In this document: piece after piece, positions 49,064-57,397 of the stretch | Numbering within the stretch: the first letter of the stretch is position 1 | Layout of the letters: each line of letters starts with the position of its first letter | Source of the DNA: Elusimicrobiota bacterium | Lineage (GTDB): Bacteria > Elusimicrobiota > Elusimicrobia > UBA1565 > UBA9628 | Assembly (NCBI GenBank): GCA_027319565.1 | Contig: DAHVNA010000005.1 | Location: 548-64,547 of the forward strand | Reading direction: 5' to 3' | DNA length: 64,000 nucleotides | Position numbers and translations under genes: made by a program | The notes under the pieces: generated by a model | What the model was told of the DNA's origin: nothing | What the model saw: the letters and a program-made list of their open reading frames with translations, nothing else | Database searches by the model: none

Positions 49064-49947
49064 TGGCAGAAACCCTCAAAGCCTATCAGGCCCGGCAAGA
49101 AAATCCGCAGGACACCGCGGCGGCCTATTTGTTTTGCTTGGATCTGGCGAGTTCTCACTATGAAAATTTTCCCGTCGCTTCGAGTTTTATCTTTCCCAAA
49201 CTTAGAAAGCACGTCGCTTGCCTCTACAGCTTTGCCCGGATAGCGGACGATTTTTCAGACGAGCCGGAATATGAGGGCGTTCGACGCGAAAGACTTTTAG
49301 AATGGCGCGAAAATCTAAACAACCTTAATCTCAAAACTCCCACCCATCCCGTTTTCATCGCCCTAAAAGACACGCTAAAAACTCTTCACCTCCCCACCCA
49401 GCCTTTTGACGATTTATTGGACGCTTTTTTGCAAGACACCGTCAAAAACCGCTATCAGAATTTTGACGAGGTCTTGGATTACTGCCGGCGATCAGCCAAC
49501 CCCGTGGGACGCATTGTGCTCATGATTCATGGCTATGACCAAGAAGAGCTCTTTAAACTTTCCGATTCAATCTGCACCGGCCTTCAATTGGCCAATTTCT
49601 GGCAGGATATTTCAGTGGACCTCAAAAAAGACCGCATCTATATCCCACAGGAAGATTTCGCCCAATTTTCCTACTCGGAAGCGGATTTAAGAATGGGCGT
49701 CGCCAATGAACGATTCCGCAATCTCATAAAATTTGAAGTCGCCAGAGTCTGTCAGATATTCGAGGAAGGAAAAACTCTTCCCCAAAAACTCTCCTGGCCC
49801 CTGTCTTGGGAAATTCGCCTAACGGAATTAGGGGGACGCCAAATTCTGCGCAAAATCAGAAAACAAAACTACGACACTCTCCAATCTCGCCCCGTTTTAA
49901 CCAAGTGGGAATGGATTCCACTTATTTTGCGCGCCGTTTTAAAATGA
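49063..49947 (+). CDS. hpnC: Squalene/phytoene synthase family enzyme, HpnC-type (presqualene diphosphate to hydroxysqualene)
   Basis: YENFPVAS motif and FARIADDFSDE Asp-rich motif. Start at Met 49063 (ATGA overlap with obg stop). First of a three-gene hpnCDE arrangement. Confidence 0.75.
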   Translation: MAETLKAYQARQENPQDTAAAYLFCLDLASSHYENFPVASSFIFPKLRKHVACLYSFARIADDFSDEPEYEGVRRERLLEWRENLNNLNLKTPTHPVFIALKDTLKTLHLPTQPFDDLLDAFLQDTVKNRYQNFDEVLDYCRRSANPVGRIVLMIHGYDQEELFKLSDSICTGLQLANFWQDISVDLKKDRIYIPQEDFAQFSYSEADLRMGVANERFRNLIKFEVARVCQIFEEGKTLPQKLSWPLSWEIRLTELGGRQILRKIRKQNYDTLQSRPVLTKWEWIPLILRAVLK

Positions 49948-50804
49948 CTCCGGCAAGTTCGCCCGCAGAAACGCTTCCTCAATCCGAAAAAAACTCGAAT
50001 TTCTTTTTAGGTTTTCTTTTTTTATCTCCCGTTCAGCGGCAGGCCTTGTCCGCGGTCTACGCCTATTGCCGCCTCATCGATGATTTAGTCGACGACACCC
50101 AAAAAACCGAAAAAGAGGCGCGGGCAGGGCTCGATTTTTGGCGAAATGAAATAGAGAAAATTTTTGCGGGCCAGGGAAGCCACCCGGTGTCCTTAGAAAT
50201 CGAAAAGGCGCTTAAACATTTTCCCCTCCCCAAGGAGGCTTTTTTTGAAATGATCCGGGGATGTGAAATGGATCTCAATAAAACCCATTATCAAACTTTT
50301 TCCGATTTAGAACCTTATCTGAAGGGCGTCGCGGTTTCAGTGGGACAGCTTTCGGTTGAGATTTTCGGCTACCAGCACACGGCCCAGGATAAAATGAAGG
50401 AGTTCGTAGGTTCTTTCGGTTACGCCTTTCAGATGACAAACATTTTAAGAGATGTCGGAGACGATCTCAGCCTCGGACGCATCTACATTCCCGAAAGCGA
50501 AATGGAAAAAGCGGGATATAGTCGCGCTGAACTCTTAAAAAGAGAACACAATTTGGCTTTTGAACGACTCATGCAAGGACTCTGGCAAAAAACCAAGGGA
50601 TTTTACAGGCAGGGAAGAGCCGCCCTCGACTTTAGAGATCGCCCTGCGCTCCTTCCGGCCGAGATTATGGCCCATGTCTATGAAGGCATTTTAGACGAGA
50701 TCCAAAGAAAGGATTTCCGAGTATTCTTCTCAAAAACAACTCTCTCTCCGTTCAAAAAACTCAGATTGGCGTTCAAGGCCTGGCTCTATTGTCATGGATT
50801 TTGA
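49944..50804 (+). CDS. hpnD: Squalene/phytoene synthase family enzyme, HpnD-type (presqualene diphosphate synthase)
   Basis: SNFFLGFLFLSPVQRQALSAVYAYCRLIDDLVDD pattern of HpnD. Second Asp-rich motif (DVGDDLSLGRIYIP). ATGA overlap with hpnC. Confidence 0.75.
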   Translation: MTPASSPAETLPQSEKNSNFFLGFLFLSPVQRQALSAVYAYCRLIDDLVDDTQKTEKEARAGLDFWRNEIEKIFAGQGSHPVSLEIEKALKHFPLPKEAFFEMIRGCEMDLNKTHYQTFSDLEPYLKGVAVSVGQLSVEIFGYQHTAQDKMKEFVGSFGYAFQMTNILRDVGDDLSLGRIYIPESEMEKAGYSRAELLKREHNLAFERLMQGLWQKTKGFYRQGRAALDFRDRPALLPAEIMAHVYEGILDEIQRKDFRVFFSKTTLSPFKKLRLAFKAWLYCHGF

Positions 50805-52128
50805 CGTTCTAGTCATCGGTGGCGGCTTTGCCGGCCTTTCCGCCGCGACGATCTTATCCGAGCAAGGCAAAAAAGTTTTGCTCCTTGAAAAAAAACCTCA
50901 CCTCGGGGGAAGGGCTTATTCTTTTATTGATTCCAAGACCGGACACGAAATCGACAACGGACAACACTTGTTTATCGGGGCTTATGCCGAAACCAGAAAA
51001 TTTATCGGCCGCATCGGTTCAAGCCCGCTTTTACGCTTTGAGGAGAAGCTCAATCTTCATTTTAAAGACTCTTCCGGCCAAAGCGCGCGCCTGTCGGCGC
51101 CTTCCCTATTTCCCGCCCCGCTTGATTTCGCCTGGGGAGTGTTTAATCTCAAAGGCCTTTCTCTTAAAGAAAAAATATCGGCGGGAAAGGTCTTTCGCGA
51201 AATAAAAAAATTTAGAACGGAGAGTGATTACTCCGGGAAAATTGAGCGCCTCAGCGTCCGTCAATGGCTTAACTCTCTAGGACAAAGCTCGTCCATTCAA
51301 AAAAGATTATGGGAACCTCTCGCGATTGGCATTCTCAATGAAAACGCCCAGACGGCCTCGGCCCTAGGCCTCATCCAGGCCTTGGAAAAAATCTTAAGCG
51401 GAACCCCCAAAAATGCTTCCAGACTCGGATACTCCCAGGTTGGATTAAGTTCGCTTTACGTCCAACAAGCGGAAGCTTATATTCAGAAACGTCAGGGATC
51501 GGTTCTCTATTCTTCAAAGATTAGTTCGATTCTCTATCAAGAAGGACGCGCCTGCGGGGTCACTTGCGATGACGGACGCACGTTTAACGCGCGCCATGTT
51601 TTACTGACGCTTCCTCCTTGGGACCTCAAGCGCCTCAACGTTCCCGATTGGCTCAAAACCGGGCTTGAGTCGTTTTCGACCTCCCCGATTATCGGACTTT
51701 CCTTGTGGTTGGACAGGCCGATTACCCCCAATCAAACCACCGGGCTCATCGACACCCAATTTCATTGGGCGTTTAATAAAAACCGCATTTGGAATCTTCC
51801 CGGCAAAACCCAATATCTGGCCTTGGTCATTAGCGCCGCCCATGCTGAACTTAAAAAAGAGCCTCAAGAAATTCTTGAGATCGCAAAAAAAGAACTTGCG
51901 GTTTTTCCTGAATTTAAAAAAGCTAAAATTATCCATTGGAGGCTGATCAAGGAGCCTTTCGCGACGCCTTCTCCAAAGCCCGGCCTGGAAGAAATGCGGC
52001 CGTTTCCTGGAGAGGTTTCGCCCGGGCTCATTCTCGCTGGGGACTGGACTCGAACAGGCCTTCCGGCCACCATTGAGAGCGCGGTTTTAAGCGGACATAG
52101 GGCCGCAGAAATCGTCTTAAAAGCGTAA
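50794..52128 (+). CDS. hpnE: FAD-dependent hydroxysqualene dehydroxylase (amine-oxidase fold), HpnE-type
   Basis: Rossmann dinucleotide motif DVLVIGGGFAGLSAA...LLEKKPHLGGRA. 444 aa. Directly follows hpnD. Confidence 0.75.
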   Translation: MDFDVLVIGGGFAGLSAATILSEQGKKVLLLEKKPHLGGRAYSFIDSKTGHEIDNGQHLFIGAYAETRKFIGRIGSSPLLRFEEKLNLHFKDSSGQSARLSAPSLFPAPLDFAWGVFNLKGLSLKEKISAGKVFREIKKFRTESDYSGKIERLSVRQWLNSLGQSSSIQKRLWEPLAIGILNENAQTASALGLIQALEKILSGTPKNASRLGYSQVGLSSLYVQQAEAYIQKRQGSVLYSSKISSILYQEGRACGVTCDDGRTFNARHVLLTLPPWDLKRLNVPDWLKTGLESFSTSPIIGLSLWLDRPITPNQTTGLIDTQFHWAFNKNRIWNLPGKTQYLALVISAAHAELKKEPQEILEIAKKELAVFPEFKKAKIIHWRLIKEPFATPSPKPGLEEMRPFPGEVSPGLILAGDWTRTGLPATIESAVLSGHRAAEIVLKA

Positions 52129-52259
52129 AGGTAACTGTTCAGGTTCGTCATTCCGGCGAACGCCGGAATCCAGTGGTAAGCTTTCTGAGAGTCTGGACTC
52201 CGGCTTACGGATTGCCGGAGTGACGCGAGTAGTTACGCATATACTCATAAAGGAGAACA

Positions 52260-52829
52260 TTGCAAATGCTGAAATCCGATCGCTGGATTAGAAAGATGTG
52301 CCTTGAGACCAAAATGATTGAGCCTTTTATCGACAGACAAGAAGGAGAAGGCAAAATCTCTTTTGGCCTTTCATCCTATGGATACGATATCCGCTTGGCC
52401 GATGAATATAAGATTTTCACCAATGTCTTTGGCGCCGTCGTCGACCCAAAAAACTTCGATCCGAAATCCTTTGTCGATTACAAAGGTCCGGACTGCATCG
52501 TTCCGCCCAATTCTTTTGCCTTGGCGCGTTCGGTTGAGCGCTTTAAAATTCCCAGAAACGTCTTGGCCATCTGCCTTGGGAAAAGCACTTTTGCCCGCTG
52601 CGGTATCATCGTCAATGTCACTCCTCTTGAGCCAACCTGGGAGGGATATTTAACCATTGAAATCTCAAACACCACTCCGCTTCCGGCCAAGGTCTATTCC
52701 GGCGAGGGAATCGCCCAGCTTTTGTTCTTAGAATCAGACGAGGTTTGCGAAACCAGCTATGCCGACAGAAAAGGCAAATATCAATCCCAGACGGGCGTGG
52801 TGGTCCCAAGGATTCTCTCAAAAGCCTAA
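52260..52829 (+). CDS. dcd: dCTP deaminase
   Basis: [11 protein letters not shown]...IEPF N-terminus, dUTPase-like fold motifs ([14 protein letters not shown]). 189 aa. Confidence 0.85.
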   Translation: MQMLKSDRWIRKMCLETKMIEPFIDRQEGEGKISFGLSSYGYDIRLADEYKIFTNVFGAVVDPKNFDPKSFVDYKGPDCIVPPNSFALARSVERFKIPRNVLAICLGKSTFARCGIIVNVTPLEPTWEGYLTIEISNTTPLPAKVYSGEGIAQLLFLESDEVCETSYADRKGKYQSQTGVVVPRILSKA

Positions 52830-53406
52830 TCGGACTTTAAACGCCCTTCTCATTAGTTTTTTTCTAATCCCACGGGGATTATTTTTTCCCCGTCGCTTAG
52901 CTTTCGCGGCGCCGCCATCCAACAATCAAGCCGCAAGCTCCAGCGCCATTGAAGAATTAAAAAAAAGACAAATTATAGCCCCCGACGCCGAGGATTACAC
53001 GGAAGAAGATTTGCAGACGCTCGTGCGAATGAAAAAGGCGGAATCTCTCGGGGCGATAGATTTTTTATCCCGTAAACTCGGCGATATTAAGGCTTTTACT
53101 TTTGAGGAGCGGGGAAAAAGCGATTCTCCGCTTAAACTCAACAACGCGGGTTTTAAAAAATACCTCTTTTTTCTTTCTCAAAAAGCCATCGCTTATTTTG
53201 CCTTGCATCATACAGCGCCCAAACGAGTCTTTAGCCTCACCGACACCCAGGGCCGGAAAATTTTCGATAAAGACGGGCTTTTAACTCTTCCCGGAGAGAA
53301 TCTTTTCGATCAAATCCTCGAAAAACGCCACGTTGAGTGGGAGCTTTCCGGCAAAATCATGGCCAATTACAAGCTCAAAAAAAGTTCTTTATCCGCCTCC
53401 CCATGA
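52759..53406 (+). CDS. Hypothetical secreted protein (start uncertain, overlaps the dcd 3' end)
   Basis: Signal-like [22 protein letters not shown]. No in-frame canonical start after the dcd stop. ATGA coupling to the next ORF at 53403-53406. Confidence 0.4.
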   Translation: MPTEKANINPRRAWWSQGFSQKPNRTLNALLISFFLIPRGLFFPRRLAFAAPPSNNQAASSSAIEELKKRQIIAPDAEDYTEEDLQTLVRMKKAESLGAIDFLSRKLGDIKAFTFEERGKSDSPLKLNNAGFKKYLFFLSQKAIAYFALHHTAPKRVFSLTDTQGRKIFDKDGLLTLPGENLFDQILEKRHVEWELSGKIMANYKLKKSSLSASP

Positions 53407-54098
53407 TTCGAGAAGAAGTCGTTTTTTATTTAAAGTCCAACCTTGGGAAATTTCCATTATCGGAACTCAAGGCGCAACTATTATCGGAAGGCGTTTCAGA
53501 AGAAGAAATCAAAAGCGCCCTCAAAGCGGCCAAACGCGCCCAAAGCCGAGAGCGCTTCGGGCGTTTCCTAATGATTCTAGGAGGAGTCGCCTTATTTTCT
53601 TCCCTTGTTTTTATTTTTCTTAGGCCGACAAGGCCGCCCTTGGGAGTTCCAGTGACCAGTCCCGTTTTCATCAGCCATTTTGGCTATACCCTTCATATTC
53701 CTGATGGATATGAAGCGATCATCGACAAAAAAACAAGAAGGCGGGAAACCGTTTTTTTCTGCCAAAAAGGGACCGACCCCAGCACCTTTTTAGACCAAAG
53801 CCTTTATGGGGAATTGGGAATCCTGCGGCTGAAGGTCTTACCCAATCCCTTTCCCAACGACCTGTCGGCTTTTAATAAGCTCAGCCGCATCATCGAATCC
53901 AAAGCTAGAACCAACGGCTCGCCCTTTCATTTAGAACCCCTCAGCATCTCCGGTATGCCGGGTTTAGAAGTAATCTTTGACGCTCCCGCCTCTAAAACCC
54001 TGACCTATGTTCTCGGAGCCAAAAATCTTTATATTTTTCTCACCGGCCCCAGTAATCCCAACGCGCCTATCATCATCAAAAGCTTGCGGGAAATCTAA
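53403..54098 (+). CDS. Hypothetical bitopic membrane protein
   Basis: Start at Met 53403 ([11 protein letters not shown]...). Cytoplasmic ~90 aa, one TM (FLMILGGVALFSSLVFIFL), ~140-aa extracytoplasmic domain. Confidence 0.5.
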   Translation: MIREEVVFYLKSNLGKFPLSELKAQLLSEGVSEEEIKSALKAAKRAQSRERFGRFLMILGGVALFSSLVFIFLRPTRPPLGVPVTSPVFISHFGYTLHIPDGYEAIIDKKTRRRETVFFCQKGTDPSTFLDQSLYGELGILRLKVLPNPFPNDLSAFNKLSRIIESKARTNGSPFHLEPLSISGMPGLEVIFDAPASKTLTYVLGAKNLYIFLTGPSNPNAPIIIKSLREI

Positions 54099-54162
54099 AA
54101 CCCCGCAAATTGGGCCGAACTTTCGAGACCTTAACTGCGTAATAAAAAGAGAGCGTCTTTAA

Positions 54163-55515
54163 TTGGCCATGACAAGAATGTCCTTTATTTTCTTATCGGG
54201 AACTTGCGTTTGCCTCTCAACGCCGACAAATCTAAAAGCTACATCGTTTCCTCATCTCAGCAATCCCGCTCCGATCTTAACCCCAAACTCAAGCGCCAAC
54301 GACCCAGTCGCAAAAACTGAAAAGACAAAAATCTGGCCTCACACGGCGGTTTTGCGCGCCCTCTCAAACTGCTGGAAACCCGCCTGCTGGCCCTGGAAGA
54401 GTTCGGATTCGGAAATAAAAGCGGAGAAAGAGACCGTCAAAAAATACCCCCTTCCTATCCCTAAGACAAAACCGGCGCAGCAAAAAAAAATGCAAGTTCT
54501 ACTGAAAAATCTAAGCTCTAAATATCCCAAGGATATCCTCAACTCTTTGACGCAAGAAAATTCTTCTCCGACAGCAAGAATCAAGATTCTCAAGCATTTT
54601 GACAAAGAACAAGTCCGCTTGATTCATAAATACTGGCCCCACTGGGAAGATCCCGCGGCTCAAAATTCCACCACTCCAATCACTGTTGGCGGAGGCAGCG
54701 GAAGAACATCCAACGGGAAGGATAAAAACAAGAAGAACGGAATTTCAAATGGGATAGGCACGAACTCAGGTGGTGGCGGCGGGGGTTCTTCTAGCGGAGG
54801 CTCGGGGTCTTCCAGTCAGCCTAGTTCGCCCAACTTAAATCAATCTCCCACAAATTCCAATTCCAAAACGGCTTCTCTCCCAACCTCGATTAAACCTTTC
54901 CCCAAAGCGATTTCAAAACTTAAAAAAGCGCCCGCGCCCAAAATTAAAAACCCTTCCCAAAAAATAAAACATACTCCCACTGTCGTTCAAGCGGCGAAAA
55001 AACCGGCCGTGCCGGGGCCCGTCAATACAAAACCTTCGCTTCTTAATCCAAAAACCGGCGCTCCCATAAATTCTCATCTTCAAAAGCCTATTCCAGCATC
55101 AAAAGCCGACAAAAAATCTTCTAGCACTCAAATTTCAAAGAAGACACCCGCCCTCGCTCCAGGCTTTCTCCCTTTAAAAAACAATCCCTCTTCCGGAGCG
55201 GAAAAAAATGCGGCTTCAGGCTTAGGACTGGCAGATGAAAGCGCGAAAGCTCCATCCAAGAGCCTAAAAGCTTCAAAAGCCAAAGGCCCGTTTCCCCTCG
55301 CACCAAAGGCATCTCGAGCAGAAAAAGAGTCGGCGGTCCCGCCGCCCAATCCACCATCCCCGCAAAACCGTCCGGAAAAAGTCCAGCCTGAGAGCCGTCC
55401 CTTGCCCCTTGATTCCATAAGTCCGCGCCCTAAAACCTCTAACCCCTCTGTTTTTTTACTCTCCGCTTCTCTAGGCGCGCTCGCCATTTTAATTTTCATC
55501 CTTTGGATGATTTAA
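54163..55515 (+). CDS. Secreted Lys/Pro/Ser-rich low-complexity protein with C-terminal membrane anchor
   Basis: 450 aa. N-terminal hydrophobic signal, Gly/Ser run (GGGGGGSSSGGSGSS), long K/P/S-rich region, C-terminal TM (VFLLSASLGALAILIFILWMI). Confidence 0.5.
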   Translation: MAMTRMSFIFLSGTCVCLSTPTNLKATSFPHLSNPAPILTPNSSANDPVAKTEKTKIWPHTAVLRALSNCWKPACWPWKSSDSEIKAEKETVKKYPLPIPKTKPAQQKKMQVLLKNLSSKYPKDILNSLTQENSSPTARIKILKHFDKEQVRLIHKYWPHWEDPAAQNSTTPITVGGGSGRTSNGKDKNKKNGISNGIGTNSGGGGGGSSSGGSGSSSQPSSPNLNQSPTNSNSKTASLPTSIKPFPKAISKLKKAPAPKIKNPSQKIKHTPTVVQAAKKPAVPGPVNTKPSLLNPKTGAPINSHLQKPIPASKADKKSSSTQISKKTPALAPGFLPLKNNPSSGAEKNAASGLGLADESAKAPSKSLKASKAKGPFPLAPKASRAEKESAVPPPNPPSPQNRPEKVQPESRPLPLDSISPRPKTSNPSVFLLSASLGALAILIFILWMI

Positions 55516-55578
55516 GTCTGGCTGTCCAAGAAACAATTTAGGACTTGAAAATTCCCTGTTTGGGGGTTATAAAAGGGT

Positions 55579-56721
55579 ATGCGGCTCTCAAGGGGACAAA
55601 TTCTGATACCGGCTCTTTTAATGTTTCCGACCTTGATGCTTTTTGTCTATTTAATTTATGAGACCGCGAAACTCTCCCGTGAAAAAATTCGCCATCAATT
55701 CGCCATTGATTCCGCCGCTTTTGTCGAAATGACCAACTATTCGGACTTTATCAACCGCACCGCCTATGTCAACGGAGCGTTTCCGATGCGCATTTTCTAT
55801 GAAGGGTTTCATTCGACCCAATTAACCAACATGGGGAAAAGTAATTGCGATGCCGCAGTCAATCAATACGCAACCGGAGGCTCGTTAGCTCTCGATGATC
55901 TTCTCTATGCGGAAGGCGCCTTTCCCCGAGATCCCAATTACGCCTATAGTGATTCCGAAGCCCCGGGATCCGCCTCATGGAAAATTGCCTATGACCCTGC
56001 CTCTGTCCGCGGCCCCAACCTCAATACTCCCACCCCGACAAACTTTGATTCCTCCAACGCACACACTGATCAGTCTGGAAAAAACTGCGGGCAAACCCCA
56101 TGTCTGACCCTCATTAGCGAACAAACCGCCAATTGTTGGAATATCAATTGGCAGGACGCGACCGAGGTTATGAATCTCTATGTCCAGATCTATCAGCTCT
56201 TGGGTTCGGTTGAATCCGCCCAATTTTCGGTTTTGCAAAGACTGGCGACAGGACATCAATTTTTCACCAAATCTTATTGGCTTAACCTCGGCACGCAAGA
56301 AGCCCTCAGCGAAGCCCAGGGGGTCTCTTTTCCTCCGGTCAATTTTATGAGCGGCATCCAAATGCACTGCGTGCCCGCTCTTTTTTACTACGCCAATAAG
56401 CTGACGCCAGGAAATCCGTATCAGCCTTATGGAATATTCAACAACACTCCCGGAACCGCTATGACCAGCTCTATTAGCGGATGCGACGGGCTTTTTCAAT
56501 TGGCCACCGTCAACCCCAGCATGATCCAATCAGCGGAACAAGGAAGCCCTTACCCCGGCTGGCAAGCCTCGATTACCTGGACGCCTCCCCAGAATTCTTT
56601 TAACATCCCTCTGGGAACGGCCAAGGTTCACGCCACCGCCTCTTTATGGCCCGGCGCGAACGACGAGGCCTCTGTCTGGCCCGACCCCACACCCCATTTT
56701 CAAACGAGGCTTTATCCTTAA
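55579..56721 (+). CDS. TadG/TadE-like pseudopilin-type protein (Flp-pilus assembly-like N-terminus)
   Basis: N-terminus MRLSRGQILIPALLMFPTLMLFVYLIYETAKL resembles the TadE/TadG RGQ..hydrophobic..E motif. 380 aa. Cys-containing extracytoplasmic domain. Confidence 0.5.
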   Translation: MRLSRGQILIPALLMFPTLMLFVYLIYETAKLSREKIRHQFAIDSAAFVEMTNYSDFINRTAYVNGAFPMRIFYEGFHSTQLTNMGKSNCDAAVNQYATGGSLALDDLLYAEGAFPRDPNYAYSDSEAPGSASWKIAYDPASVRGPNLNTPTPTNFDSSNAHTDQSGKNCGQTPCLTLISEQTANCWNINWQDATEVMNLYVQIYQLLGSVESAQFSVLQRLATGHQFFTKSYWLNLGTQEALSEAQGVSFPPVNFMSGIQMHCVPALFYYANKLTPGNPYQPYGIFNNTPGTAMTSSISGCDGLFQLATVNPSMIQSAEQGSPYPGWQASITWTPPQNSFNIPLGTAKVHATASLWPGANDEASVWPDPTPHFQTRLYP

Positions 56722-56890
56722 CGGCAAGTAACGAGAAGCAAAAGAAAGAAACGGAAGGCAACGGAAAGAAATGGAAAGTAACGGAAAGAAAAAGAAAGAA
56801 CCAGAAAGCAACGGCAAGTATTCGCAGTTTTCCCTTGCTTTCCGTTGCCTTCCGTTACCTTCTGTGTCTCTCCGTTTCTTCCGTTCTCAC
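56721..56890. repeat. About 10 tandem copies of a 10-bp repeat (aCGGaAAGnA) followed by a 10-nt spacer and about 6 inverted copies. Contains a 19-bp perfect inverted repeat.
   Basis: Read directly: acggcaagta acgagaagca aaagaaagaa acggaaggca acggaaagaa atggaaagta acggaaagaa aaagaaagaa ccagaaagca acggcaagta (56721-56820), then tcccttgctt tccgttgcct tccgttacct tctgtgtctc tccgtttctt ccgttctcac. Arms 56750-56768 and 56838-56856 are perfectly complementary. Confidence 0.7.
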
Positions 56891-57349
56891 AAAGGTCAGG
56901 CCACGACCGAAACGGTTTTGCTGTTTCCGATATTTATGTTCTTTCTTTTTGTATTCGCCAAAATATTCGCGATGCTGATTTTAGTCCAAAAAATGGAAAT
57001 CGCATCCTACTACGGCGCCCGGCGTTGGCAGCTTGAATCCCACAGAAATGAAAGCGCCTATCCGGACAACGGACTTGAAGGCGATATTCAAAATAAAATC
57101 AGCTCTTATCTTGGATACGGAAGTCCAACTCAGAGCTTTTTAGGCCTGGCGCCGACCGGATCTAACGGCGGGGCTTCTTTTCAGTGTACGCCGACCGAGT
57201 TTTGGCAGGTTTGCACTCTCAAAGTTCAAACCAAACCCATTGACATCGCCTGGATGTATCAATCCCCAGGATATACTTTCGAGGTGACAAAATACGTGCC
57301 GCACCGCGATCGCCCAATCCCATTTGTCCTTCCAGGAATGGGACCTTGA
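56864..57349 (+). CDS. TadE-like pseudopilin-type protein (GTG start)
   Basis: GTG at 56864 gives MSLRFFRSHKGQATTETVLLFPIFMFFLFVFAKIFAML..IASYYGAR, the TadE-like N-terminal pattern. The annotated ATG ORF from 56771 would read through the repeat array. Confidence 0.45.
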   Translation: MSLRFFRSHKGQATTETVLLFPIFMFFLFVFAKIFAMLILVQKMEIASYYGARRWQLESHRNESAYPDNGLEGDIQNKISSYLGYGSPTQSFLGLAPTGSNGGASFQCTPTEFWQVCTLKVQTKPIDIAWMYQSPGYTFEVTKYVPHRDRPIPFVLPGMGP

Positions 57350-57397
57350 GGTTATTTTAATGAGAGTCAGTATATTGATATATTCTAAGGAGTCTTT

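Noticed and set aside
55975-56529. 184-aa minus-strand ORF antisense to the TadG-like gene
   Set aside because: Shadow ORF. No start context or motifs.
56721-56890. Considered whether the 10-bp repeat array is a CRISPR array or coding low-complexity sequence
   Set aside because: Units are only 10 bp with no unique spacers, and there are no cas genes. The ORFs crossing it (56646..56978 and the 5' part of 56771..57349) give implausible Lys/Glu/Arg or Ser/Leu/Arg strings.
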